DNA of 32,000 nt from an uncultured Acidobacteriaceae bacterium (GTDB lineage: Bacteria > Acidobacteriota > Terriglobia > Terriglobales > Acidobacteriaceae), in contig CAVTVB010000008.1 in assembly GCA_963738035.1 (NCBI GenBank), forward strand, positions 485,894-517,893, read 5' to 3'. The position numbers and the translations under genes were made by a program. Shown in pieces: positions 9,046-17,719 of the stretch (position 1 is its first letter; each line of letters begins with the position of its first letter). The notes below the pieces were generated by a model that saw nothing but the letters and a program-made list of their open reading frames with translations, had not been told where the DNA came from and did no database searches.

Positions 9046-9191
9046 GGCTGCGGAAAAACTCAATCGGAAACGCCGTTTTGAAAGGGCACGACTTCAGTCG
9101 TGCCGATAAGGCCAATCAAATCAAACTCGGCTTTAGCCGCCGAGGGATGCTTTCCATGAAGCTGATCGTAATCAAGCGTTTTTCCGCAGCC
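9046..9191. repeat. REP/MITE-like palindromic intergenic element
   Basis: Terminal inverted repeats GGCTGCGGAAAAAC (9046-9059) and GTTTTTCCGCAGCC (9178-9191); internal hairpins GGCACGAC-TTCA-GTCGTGCC (9085-9104) and CTCGGCTTTAGCCGCCGAG (9126-9144). Confidence 0.75.
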
Positions 9192-9379
9192 TCTTTAGCC
9201 CTTGAAGGATGCTGGCTCGGCCTATTACGCACTTTTTCACCAAGCTGTTCAGTCGTGGTGCAGTATCAACGTAGGAAGATTGAACCTTAGCCCCGGAACC
9301 AAACGCTCAAGCAACGCGTATGCACTCACACCCCAGCCACGAGCCAGATCGCCCGTGGTTTCCACCGAGGAGGTCCGCC

Positions 9380-10123
9380 ATGTCCTCACGTTTCAATTCA
9401 CGAAATCTCGCAATCCTCTGTCTCGCCATCGGAGTGTCGGCAACGCTCTCTCAGGCGCAGGCTGGCGATTCATCCCACTCCGGCGGCATGGCCCACATGT
9501 CCGGACACATGTACATGACAACCCTGCGTCCGAAGCAGCCCGGCGATCAGGCCAAAGCCGACGCCATCGTAACCGCAGCCAAAGCGTCAATGGCTCCCTA
9601 TGAGGACTACCATGCTGCCCTCGCAGACGGCTACCGCATCTTCCTTCCCAATATTCCGCAGCCCCAGTATCACTTCACAAAAATGGCGAATGGACTTGCG
9701 GCGTGGAACCACTTCGACCCGCTGAAGCCCACCTCGCTGCTCTATCGCAAGACTCCCGACGGCGGCTACAAGCTCATCGGCGTCATGTATACCGACCGCG
9801 TCGATGCCACCGAGGACGAGATCAACAGCCGCATTCCGCTAAGCATTGCGACCTGGCATCAGCACATCAACTTCTGCAAGGCGCCTGATGGACAGAAGGC
9901 CGCGTACTTCGGCCCCAACGCGAAGTTCGGCTTGCTCGGCTCCATACATACTCAGCAGGATTGTGACGCTGCCGGCGGAGTCTTCCTCCCCCACGTCTTC
10001 GGCTGGATGGTCCACGTGTATCCTTACGAGTCTGACCCGCGCAAAATCTGGTCCGTGGACGATGACGACAGCGGTCACGACAACATGGACCACTCCGCAA
10101 TGCCCGGCATGAAGATGGATTAG
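9380..10123 (+). CDS. Secreted protein of unknown function with Met/His-rich termini
   Basis: ATG at 9380 gives MSSRFNSRNLAILCLAIGVSATLSQAQA signal peptide; then GGMAHMSGHMYMTT and a C-terminal SGHDNMDHSAMPGMKMD. Confidence 0.75.
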   Translation: MSSRFNSRNLAILCLAIGVSATLSQAQAGDSSHSGGMAHMSGHMYMTTLRPKQPGDQAKADAIVTAAKASMAPYEDYHAALADGYRIFLPNIPQPQYHFTKMANGLAAWNHFDPLKPTSLLYRKTPDGGYKLIGVMYTDRVDATEDEINSRIPLSIATWHQHINFCKAPDGQKAAYFGPNAKFGLLGSIHTQQDCDAAGGVFLPHVFGWMVHVYPYESDPRKIWSVDDDDSGHDNMDHSAMPGMKMD

Positions 10124-10151
10124 CGAACCGCGAACAACGAGCTATGCTCTC

Positions 10152-10766
10152 TCACCACGCACCCGGCCCCGGCAGCGTACGCGTGTGATGAAACGTGTAC
10201 TCGCCGATCAGGCTTTCTGATCCCTCTTCATCAACAGCAAGCAGACGCGCCACCATCGAACTAGTCGGCGCTGCCTTTGCGAAGGTGATCGACTGCTGCC
10301 AAACCACCCCGCCTGTCTCCCGCGCAAAGGGAATATCCGGCAGCCTGAATTGCTCCCTTCCTGCGGGATCGCACAGGCTCAGGTCGATCCGCTTCGCGTG
10401 GCTGAGGTCTGCCTTGAGACGGCCAACCAGAAGATCATCCTCGGCCGTAACTGTGCACTGTACGCTGCCCCCGGCCGGCGGTGCATATTCGCTAACACGC
10501 GCACCGTTCGCTTTCGCGCGGTCCAGAAACGAGTCGCTCACCACCATCATTAACGATCCTGCGTATGCCACGTCGCGAACCCCTTCGGCCAGTGCAATCA
10601 CTTCCTGGAGCCGGGCCCCGCATTCATCGCATCCGAACAGATGCTCTTCTAAGCTCTCTTCTTCTGTCCGCGAAAGGGAGCCGAGCCAATAGTCCGCAAG
10701 AATCGCGGCATCGAGCCGCACCGCGCAATTCATCGCCCCACCCTCGTCTGCGTAGCTCCTAGGCAA
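10152..10766 (-). CDS. Putative zinc-finger-type anti-sigma factor
   Basis: AAILADYWLGSLSRTEEESLEEHLFGCDECGARLQEVIALAEG matches the anti-sigma zinc-finger layout; directly follows and overlaps the sigma-factor gene. Confidence 0.65.
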   Translation of the reverse strand: MPRSYADEGGAMNCAVRLDAAILADYWLGSLSRTEEESLEEHLFGCDECGARLQEVIALAEGVRDVAYAGSLMMVVSDSFLDRAKANGARVSEYAPPAGGSVQCTVTAEDDLLVGRLKADLSHAKRIDLSLCDPAGREQFRLPDIPFARETGGVVWQQSITFAKAAPTSSMVARLLAVDEEGSESLIGEYTFHHTRTLPGPGAW

Positions 10767-11293
10767 TTGCGCAACTGGTGAATCGCACGATGCCGGATCA
10801 CGCGCACGTTCGCCTCCGATACACCAAGAAAATGCGCGACGTCCGCGCCGGTTTGCTCGTCGTAGAACGACATCACGACAACTGCGCGTTCTCTCTCTTT
10901 CAACCCCTGCACGCAGCGAGTCAATTTCTCATGATCGAGCCGCGGACCCGGCGCATGACCCGCCATCGGCACGTCTCCGCCAAATTGCTCCAGGAGCATC
11001 TGCCGTCTCTGTGCATTCCGCTTCTGATCCATCACTGTCATCCGGCATGTCCCCAGCACAAATGAAGCCATCTTCTCCGGTTCCCGCAGACGGCCCTCGC
11101 GCAGCGCCAGCAACGCCTGCATCAATACCTGCTGCACCAGGTCCTCGGCGGCATGCCGGTCGCGCAGGTGGCGTAAGCCATACAACCGAACGCGCGGGGC
11201 CATCCGTCTGCAGAATTCAGCCTCGGCCTCCGGATCGCTTCCACTGCCGATCCGAAGCACAATCTCCGCATCATTCAGGTTGATTTCCATCAA
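10730..11293 (-). CDS. RNA polymerase sigma-70 family (ECF-like) factor
   Basis: Region 2 HLRDRHAAEDLVQQVLMQALLALREGRLREPEKMASFVLGTCRMTVMDQKR; region 4 RCVQGLKERERAVVVMSFYDEQTGADVAHFLGVSEANVRVIRHRAIHQLRNCL. Confidence 0.85.
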   Translation of the reverse strand: MMEINLNDAEIVLRIGSGSDPEAEAEFCRRMAPRVRLYGLRHLRDRHAAEDLVQQVLMQALLALREGRLREPEKMASFVLGTCRMTVMDQKRNAQRRQMLLEQFGGDVPMAGHAPGPRLDHEKLTRCVQGLKERERAVVVMSFYDEQTGADVAHFLGVSEANVRVIRHRAIHQLRNCLGATQTRVGR

Positions 11294-11386
11294 CCCATAT
11301 TTTATGTGTAACGACTCGCCTCCCCGTTACACATCCGGTCATACAAAGCGAACCGAACCACCAAAAGGTTTGCGTCCATAAGGAGA

Positions 11387-12304
11387 ATGCTCATGAACGC
11401 GCAAGTCGCCATGCCCAACATCAATACCCGGGAAGATAAGGCCTTCCAGTTTCTCGGAGTTCCCACGCTCCTGCGAGCGAGCGCCGACACCACCAACGGA
11501 GCCTTTGGGCTGGTCGAGCATTGGGCAATCCCGCCTGCCTTTGCCTCGCCCTACCACACGCACCATCGCGAAGATGAGGCCTTCTACGTGCTTGAGGGCG
11601 AAATGGCATTTGTGTGCGACGGAAAATGGATGCGCGGAGGACCGGGAACCTACGTCTTCGGCCCACGTGAGATCCCCCATGGCTTCAAAGTCACAGGCGA
11701 CAAGCCCGCTCGCATGCTGCTGCTGTGCGCTCCCGGCGGATTCGAAAGCTTCGTCCTCGAACTCGGTCAGCCTGCAGACACGCCTCCCACGCCGCCCGAT
11801 ATGGCGAAACTGATGGCAACCGCTGCGCAATATCACATCGACATCCTGGGGCCCCTGCCCGAGGAACCGGTGGACTTTGCGCATTCCGCCAATGCCCCAA
11901 AAGACAACAAAACTCTAAACCACCTCTGGATCGAGGCTTTCAATGCCCGGGATTGGACTGCGGAACGCGCATTTCGCAGCGACAACTTTCGTGCAGTGAT
12001 GTCCGGATCGCCCCTCCCTCTCGACAACAACGCCTGGTCGGGATTCATGAAGGAATTCACCACCGCATTTCCCGACGCGCACATCGAAATCGAGTCCTGC
12101 ATCGGAGAAGGCGATCACACCTCCACGAGCTGGACTCTGGCCGGCACGCATCGCGCCTCGTTCAATGGCATTCCCGCCACCGGTCGCAACATCCAGTTCG
12201 CCGGCATCGAATTCAACCGTTTCGTCGACGGCCGCATCGCCGAGCACCGCTCTCAATTCGACCTCGCCGGGCTCTTGCACCAGCTCAGTGCGACAACGGC
12301 GTAA
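11387..12304 (+). CDS. Cupin domain + SnoaL/NTF2-like domain fusion protein
   Basis: N-terminal cupin motif PYHTHHREDEAFYVLEGEMAFVCDGKWMRGGPGTYVFGPREIPHGFKV; C-terminal LNHLWIEAFNARDWTAERAF...HIEIESCIGEGDHTSTSWTLAGTHRASFNGIPATGRNIQFAGIEFNRFVDGRIAEHRSQFD. Confidence 0.8.
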   Translation: MLMNAQVAMPNINTREDKAFQFLGVPTLLRASADTTNGAFGLVEHWAIPPAFASPYHTHHREDEAFYVLEGEMAFVCDGKWMRGGPGTYVFGPREIPHGFKVTGDKPARMLLLCAPGGFESFVLELGQPADTPPTPPDMAKLMATAAQYHIDILGPLPEEPVDFAHSANAPKDNKTLNHLWIEAFNARDWTAERAFRSDNFRAVMSGSPLPLDNNAWSGFMKEFTTAFPDAHIEIESCIGEGDHTSTSWTLAGTHRASFNGIPATGRNIQFAGIEFNRFVDGRIAEHRSQFDLAGLLHQLSATTA

Positions 12305-12322
12305 CCGCGGATCACCGACCGC

Positions 12323-12361
12323 CCCATCCTGGCGACGCCTTTTTCCCGTCTCCAGGATGGG
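12323..12361. terminator. Intergenic hairpin between convergent genes
   Basis: Perfect 10-bp arms CCCATCCTGG/CCAGGATGGG with a 19-nt T-rich loop. Confidence 0.5.
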
Positions 12362-12406
12362 AGCCGCAGCAGTCGTCCCCGATTCCTACTGTATTGTCTT
12401 GATTCC

Positions 12407-13684
12407 TCAACGAAGGCGGAAGCGCATGACGAGTCCCGATGATAGCTTTTCGCCTGGCTTCAAATCGCCATGCTCATCGAGAACATCCCATCCGGAATTT
12501 GCGATGTAATAAAACCAGTCGCCCACCACCACCCCATGCGTTGGATCGCCCAGCGTGGCTGTCGCTCGCTCAATAATTTCCTCCGACACGACACTCTCTC
12601 GCGATCGATCGAGTTTCATGCGCACCACGCGCTCCGGCGAGGTTCCGTTCTGCGTCAGGATGAGCGAACCGTTCGCGAAGTAGAGCCCGTCCACCCCATT
12701 CAGCGCAACCTTCGCATGGCCGTCGTGATTCAACCAGCGCACCGAGCCGTCCGTGAGATCGAGAATCCCGATCCCGCGCAAGTAGTCGGGAATAGCCACC
12801 AGGTTTCCGCCGGCGAGCACCACTGGGGTCTGGGGCGAAATGAAGTCCTTTCCATTGATCAGCACCAGTCGTCCCTCTTCAACTTTATAAATTCCTCCGC
12901 CTTCACCGTCGCTGACGATCGGAACGCCCGCCTCCGTCAGCGCCATATCTCCCAGCGCAGTATGCGGCAAACTCTCGATCCGGCTGAACAACTTTGCCGT
13001 TCGAAGGTCGAAACACAGCACTGCCGATTTTCCCCAATCGGCTTTTGGCGCAGCGGTAAAGCCATCCAGTGCTACTTCCGTCGCCCACACACGGTTACGT
13101 TTCGCATCCACCTTGATCGCCAGCATCGGCCATCCACTCGGCGAAGATGCAAACACAGAAGCCTGTCCCGAAGATGAAACCCGAACAATCTTCTTCTCCA
13201 GCACGCTCGTAATGAGAAACGTCTTCGATTGCGGATCGAAGTCAATGTCCTCCGGGATAAGTCCGGCATCCGGCAGCCTGAATGCCACCTCCGATCGCGC
13301 GACTGGCGTCTTGTTCTGCCGGAAGCGCTCCAGAATGGATTTGTATTCGGGAAGATCGTGCAGTGCGACGAAGGCTTTGTCCGTTCCGGCGAGCATCGTG
13401 TCATCCACCTGCCCCATGGCCGCGAATTCGTTCAATGCCGCCAGCGCATTCTGGTTATCCGGCATATCAGCATACGCGCGGGCCGTCGCTTCAACTGCAT
13501 TCGGCGCATCATTCAGCAGAGTACGAACTTTCAGGGCCGCATCGAGATATCCGCGCTTGTCCCCGGCCGCGCGCGCCGCATGCGCCTGCTTCTGCAGTTG
13601 CGCAAGTTCTTCCACCGCGGTGGGCGCGCTTGACGCGCCGAGCACCCACAGCAATAACAGTGCAATCAGTTGGAGCCTTCCCAT
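12407..13684 (-). CDS. Exported protein resembling SMP-30/gluconolactonase-like beta-propeller proteins
   Basis: Signal-like N terminus, helical stretch, then LIPEDIDFDPQSKTFLITSVLEKKIVRVSSSG..., ALGDMALTEAGVPIVSDGEGGGIYKVE..., LNGVDGLYFANGSLILTQNGTSPERVVRMKL. Confidence 0.65.
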   Translation of the reverse strand: MGRLQLIALLLLWVLGASSAPTAVEELAQLQKQAHAARAAGDKRGYLDAALKVRTLLNDAPNAVEATARAYADMPDNQNALAALNEFAAMGQVDDTMLAGTDKAFVALHDLPEYKSILERFRQNKTPVARSEVAFRLPDAGLIPEDIDFDPQSKTFLITSVLEKKIVRVSSSGQASVFASSPSGWPMLAIKVDAKRNRVWATEVALDGFTAAPKADWGKSAVLCFDLRTAKLFSRIESLPHTALGDMALTEAGVPIVSDGEGGGIYKVEEGRLVLINGKDFISPQTPVVLAGGNLVAIPDYLRGIGILDLTDGSVRWLNHDGHAKVALNGVDGLYFANGSLILTQNGTSPERVVRMKLDRSRESVVSEEIIERATATLGDPTHGVVVGDWFYYIANSGWDVLDEHGDLKPGEKLSSGLVMRFRLR

Positions 13685-13717
13685 TGGTCGATACTAAGCC
13701 CGAAGCAGGAAAAGCGC

Positions 13718-14830
13718 TCAAAGAATAGGCGACTCGACAAGGTCGAGAGTCTCTGCCGCGAAATAGCGTCTCTGGAACCAGAATGCGACATTCACCAACC
13801 CAATCAGCGCCGGCACTTCAATCAGCGGTCCGACGACGCCAACAAACGCTTCGCCGGAGTTCAACCCGAATACCGCCACGGCTACGGCAATGGCCAGCTC
13901 GAAGTTGTTGCCGGCGGCGGTGAATGACAACGTAGCCGATTGCGCATAGTTTGCGCCCAGTCGCTTGCCCATCCAGAAGCTAACGAGGAACATGATCAGG
14001 AAATACACCACCAGCGGTATCGCGATGCGCAGCACGTCCAGCGGCAGCCGGACAATCAGGTCGCCTTTCAACGAAAACATGACGAGAATCGTAAACAGCA
14101 GCGCCACCAGCGTCAGCGGGCTGATGCGGGGAATGAAACGCGTGCGATACCACTCCTCGCCTTTCAGCCGAATCAGCACAAAGCGCGTAATCATCCCCGA
14201 CACAAAAGGAATGCCAAGATAAATACCCACACTCTTCGCAATCTGTGCGATGCTCACATCCACAGCACTGCCCTGCAGCCCGAACCATTTCGGCAGCACC
14301 GTAATGAAAACCCACGCATAGAAGCTATAGAAGAGCACCTGGAAGACGCTGTTGATCGCAACAAGGCCAGCGGCGTAATCCGTGTCGCCATTCGCCAGTT
14401 CGTTCCACACCAGCACCATCGCGATGCAGCGTGCGATGCCGATCAGGATCAACCCACGCATGTACGCCGGCTCTCCGCGCAGAAAAATAACGGCAAGTAC
14501 GAACATCAGCGCTGGACCGATCACCCAGTTCTGCACCAGTGAGAGCCCGAGTACTCGCTTCCTGCGAAAGACCTCCCCCAGCTTCTCGTAACGCACCTTG
14601 GCGAGCGGCGGAAACATCATGATGATCAGCCCGATGGCAATCGGAATATTCGTTGTCCCGCTCTGAAAGCGATTCACGAATCCAGCTGAGCCCGGTACAA
14701 AATGTCCCAGCCCAACCCCAACCGCCATCGCCAGAAAGATCCACAGCGTCAAAAATCGGTCGAGAAACGAAAGCTTTTTCCGTTCCAGTGGAGCGCATAT
14801 CTGGCCTTGCGTGTAAGGTGTGCTCGACAT
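13718..14830 (-). CDS. acr3: ACR3-family arsenite efflux transporter
   Basis: [131 protein letters not shown]; ATG at 14830, the track start at 14914 is probably too far upstream. Confidence 0.93.
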   Translation of the reverse strand: MSSTPYTQGQICAPLERKKLSFLDRFLTLWIFLAMAVGVGLGHFVPGSAGFVNRFQSGTTNIPIAIGLIIMMFPPLAKVRYEKLGEVFRRKRVLGLSLVQNWVIGPALMFVLAVIFLRGEPAYMRGLILIGIARCIAMVLVWNELANGDTDYAAGLVAINSVFQVLFYSFYAWVFITVLPKWFGLQGSAVDVSIAQIAKSVGIYLGIPFVSGMITRFVLIRLKGEEWYRTRFIPRISPLTLVALLFTILVMFSLKGDLIVRLPLDVLRIAIPLVVYFLIMFLVSFWMGKRLGANYAQSATLSFTAAGNNFELAIAVAVAVFGLNSGEAFVGVVGPLIEVPALIGLVNVAFWFQRRYFAAETLDLVESPIL

Positions 14831-14832
14831 CG

Positions 14833-15219
14833 TTACCTCGCCTCGGCCGCACAATCCACAGCACCAGGTCGTGGAGCGCTTTGCAGAGCTACAAACTTCG
14901 CCGGACTGCAGCATGCCTTCGACAGCCGCGCCCGATCCGCCTGCATCGCACGATCTTCACGGAGCCACGCCAGTGTCTGGCGCAAAACCTGCGTCGCGCC
15001 GATGCTCGGCGGCATCACGATGCGATAGTGCATCCACTTCCCTTCGCGCCGCGCCTGCACAATTCCCGCCCTGCGCAGATACGCCAGATGCCGCGAAATC
15101 TTCGGCTGCCCCTGTGCCAGGATCTCCACGAAATAGCAGACGCAAATCTCCTGATCGCCCATCAGATTCAGCAGGCGCAGCCGCGTATTGTCGCCCAGCG
15201 CCTGAAAGAAACGTTCCAT
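14833..15219 (-). CDS. arsR: ArsR-family transcriptional regulator
   Basis: [67 protein letters not shown]; Cys pair ICVCYF; C-terminal KACCSPAKF. Confidence 0.93.
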   Translation of the reverse strand: MERFFQALGDNTRLRLLNLMGDQEICVCYFVEILAQGQPKISRHLAYLRRAGIVQARREGKWMHYRIVMPPSIGATQVLRQTLAWLREDRAMQADRARLSKACCSPAKFVALQSAPRPGAVDCAAEAR

Positions 15220-15254
15220 ATCGAATTCTGCGATGATCTCGCCGTCATGATTTA

Positions 15255-15283
15255 TATATACGCCTTGACGAATACGTTGACAA
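15255..15283 (-). promoter_or_regulatory. Predicted arsR-acr3 promoter (minus strand)
   Basis: Minus strand reads TTGTCA-(17)-TATATA: -35 at 15278-15283, -10 at 15255-15260. Confidence 0.5.
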
Positions 15284-15293
15284 GAGATATATT
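15265..15293 (+). promoter_or_regulatory. Predicted arsM-arsC promoter (plus strand)
   Basis: TTGACG (15265-15270)-17 bp-TATATT (15288-15293). Confidence 0.5.
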
Positions 15294-15308
15294 CGCTTAC
15301 GTGAATAT
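15289..15308. promoter_or_regulatory. Candidate ArsR operator palindrome
   Basis: ATATTC-GCTTACGT-GAATAT, perfect 6-bp arms overlapping the arsM -10. Confidence 0.4.
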
Positions 15309-15329
15309 GTTTTTATAAGGAGATACGTC

Positions 15330-16256
15330 ATGGCAGAACAGATTCTCGAATCGGTGAAATCAAAGTACGCAGCCGTCGCTGAGAGTTCTCTTTCCAGCGA
15401 AAACGCCGGCGTCAAAGCCGTGGCCGAAGCCTTCGGCTACACGGCCGAAGAACTCACGTCGATTCCCGCGGAAGCCAACATGGGCCTCTCCTGCGGCAAT
15501 CCCACGGCAACCGCGCACCTCAGGCCCGGCGAAGTAGTCGTCGATCTCGGCTCCGGCGGCGGCCTCGACGTATTTCTCGCGTCGAAGCAGGTCGGTCCCA
15601 CAGGCCGCGCCATCGGCATCGATATGACGCCCGCCATGATTGAGCGCGCCCGCGCCAATGCCCAGGCCGGCGGCTACACCAACGTCGACTTCCACCTCTC
15701 CACCATCGACAAGATTCCGTTGCCCGACGCGTCGGTCGATTGCGTCATTTCGAATTGCGTCCTGAATCTCGCGCCCGACAAGCCCGCCGTCTTCCGCGAA
15801 ATCGCCCGCGTCCTCAAGCCCGGCGGCCGTCTCGCCGTCAGCGACATCGCCTTGAAGCACGAACTGCCCGAAGCCATCGCCAAGAGCGTTGCCGCCTACG
15901 TCGGCTGCATCGCCGGAGCCATCCGCATCGACGACTACCGCAGCGGCCTTCTTGCTGCCGGCTTCGAGCACGTTGAAATTGTCGACAGCGGCGCCGACCT
16001 CAACGCCTACGCCAAGGTCGAAAACCAGTCAGGCTGTTGCTCTCCCGCAATGGACAAGGCAGACGCTCCAAGTCCGGTCGTTGAGGCATCCTGCTGCTCG
16101 CCCGCTCCCGCCGCCGAAGCCACACTGCACGATGAGTTGAAGACGCTCCTCGCAAACTACGACGTCAACGCGGCTGCTGCCAGCGTCAAGGTCTACGCGA
16201 TCAAGCCGGCAGCCGCGACCGCAAAGTCCTGCTGCGGCCCAACCTGCTGCTCGTGA
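15330..16256 (+). CDS. arsM: Arsenite methyltransferase with Cys-rich C-terminal extension
   Basis: SAM-binding [39 protein letters not shown]; Cys-containing motifs [23 protein letters not shown]; tail SGCCSP...SCCSP...SCCGPTCCS; RBS-like aaggag upstream. Confidence 0.92.
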   Translation: MAEQILESVKSKYAAVAESSLSSENAGVKAVAEAFGYTAEELTSIPAEANMGLSCGNPTATAHLRPGEVVVDLGSGGGLDVFLASKQVGPTGRAIGIDMTPAMIERARANAQAGGYTNVDFHLSTIDKIPLPDASVDCVISNCVLNLAPDKPAVFREIARVLKPGGRLAVSDIALKHELPEAIAKSVAAYVGCIAGAIRIDDYRSGLLAAGFEHVEIVDSGADLNAYAKVENQSGCCSPAMDKADAPSPVVEASCCSPAPAAEATLHDELKTLLANYDVNAAAASVKVYAIKPAAATAKSCCGPTCCS

Positions 16257-16270
16257 TGAAAGGCGCAGCG

Positions 16271-16684
16271 ATGTTCAAAGTAATCTTTGCCTGTGTACAC
16301 AACGCCGGCCGCTCGCAGATGGCGGCCGCGTTCTTCAATCAGCTCGCCGATCGCAAAAAAGCTGAAGCCATCTCCGCCGGAACCGATCCCGGTCCGCGCG
16401 TTCACCCCGAAGTGCTCGCCGCCATGCAGGAAATCGGCATCGACCTCAGCAGCGCGAAGCCGCAAAAGCTAACCGACGACCTCGCGCGCCAGGCGCAGCT
16501 CCTCATCACCATGGGCTGCGGCGATCAGTGTCCATATGTTCCCGGCCTCCGCCGCGACGACTGGCCTCTCCGCGATCCCAAAGGCCAGCCCATGGAAGAG
16601 GTCCGGAAAATCCGCGATGAAATCCGCGCCCGCGTGCAATCTCTTCTTGCCCACGAAGGCCTCACCACCACGTCACAAGGCTAG
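16271..16684 (+). CDS. arsC: Thioredoxin-type/LMW-PTP-like arsenate reductase
   Basis: MFKVIFACVHNAGRSQMAAAFFNQLAD...AISAGTDPGPRVHPEVLAAMQEIGIDL...LLITMGCGDQCPYVPGLRRDDWPLRDPKG; an alternative start at 16253 overlaps the arsM stop (ATGA). Confidence 0.92.
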   Translation: MFKVIFACVHNAGRSQMAAAFFNQLADRKKAEAISAGTDPGPRVHPEVLAAMQEIGIDLSSAKPQKLTDDLARQAQLLITMGCGDQCPYVPGLRRDDWPLRDPKGQPMEEVRKIRDEIRARVQSLLAHEGLTTTSQG

Positions 16685-17165
16685 CCCCACGCCCCCAGCA
16701 GCCGTCGCACCAGCACCAATTGCCCGACGTGGTACGCATTGTGATCCGCCACCAGCAGCGCCTCGCGCAATATCGTCTGCCCATCGCCATGCGGAATCTT
16801 CGCAAACAGATCCGTCTTCGGGTCCTCGACCAGCGCGCACATCTCTTTCAAGTCCTTCTTGAACGCGCGCACGCTCTTGTCCCAAGCCTTGTCGTCCGCC
16901 GGAGCCTTCTCTTTCGGCCAGTAGTCATCGGGCCATTTCAGTGCGTGGTATTTCTCATTGCGCGAAAAATCCAGAATGTCCCACTGCGCAAGCCGCAGAT
17001 GCTCCAGCAACTGCCAGGGAGAATGTTCCGCCCCCTTCGGCACCTTTCCCCGTAACTCCACCGGCAGATCCCTTCACCGCCTGGTCGAAAGTCGCGTGCG
17101 CATGTCCGCAGTGTCAAAAGCTCCACCACGTGTTTCCGTAATGCCGCATCCGTCTTATCCGCCAT
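16681..17165 (-). pseudogene. DinB-family protein gene split by two apparent frameshifts
   Basis: Three frames carry consecutive pieces: MADKTDAALRKHVVELL (17165 downward), GHAHATFDQAVK (about 17066-17101), and ELRGKVPKGAEHSPWQLLEHLRLAQWDILDFSRNEKY...ADHNAYHVGQLVLVRRLLG (17061-16681). Confidence 0.6.
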
Positions 17166-17352
17166 CAAACCCCTCCGCATCAACGGATTCCAGTTTGGCA
17201 GGAAAGATTCGAAATCCCGCCCGGGGGTCCTGAAAATCACAGCATTTGTTATAGACTTCGCTGCCAAGCGATGTCCCCGACGCAAACTCAGAACTGCCAA
17301 CTGAGAACCTCGAACTCAAGAATTGCTATACTCGGCGCAGCAGGTTTCGAAA

Positions 17353-17614
17353 ATGGACTCATTTCGCCAGCAGCGGGCCTGGTTCTGGATAGCGATCGCG
17401 GCCATCGTGATCGTCCTCGTTGCGCTGCTCGTTCCGCACGGATCCAGCACAGACGCTCCCGCCTGGATGGCGCTTCTCCCCGCGTTCTTCGTTGGGCTTG
17501 CTTGTTCCGTTCAGCCTGCTGCCGTTGTTGCCGGTCCTTTCGCTCGGCCACACGCCCGAAGCTCCATCGCTGGCCCCTTCCTTCCAGCGCCCTCCGCCCT
17601 TCCGACTCGCTTAA
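17353..17614 (+). pseudogene. Small hydrophobic protein (copy A), apparently frameshifted relative to copy B
   Basis: Frame 1 MDSFRQQRAWFWIAIAAIVIVLVALLVPHGSSTDAPAWMALLPAFFVGL, then another frame reads LLVPFSLLPLLPVLSLGHTPEAPSLAPSFQRPPPFRLA*, matching the end of copy B at 18158-18547. Confidence 0.45.
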
Positions 17615-17719
17615 CTTCTTCAATCGGTCCACACACGCAGGGACCTGCGGTTCATGCTGCAGGTGTCTCTGTGATCCACCGACAGCGGAGTTCTGCCCCA
17701 CATCGGAAAGGTCATCTTT

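Noticed and set aside
14820-15236. Plus-strand ORF 138 aa opposite arsR
   Set aside because: Antisense shadow of a clear ArsR regulator.
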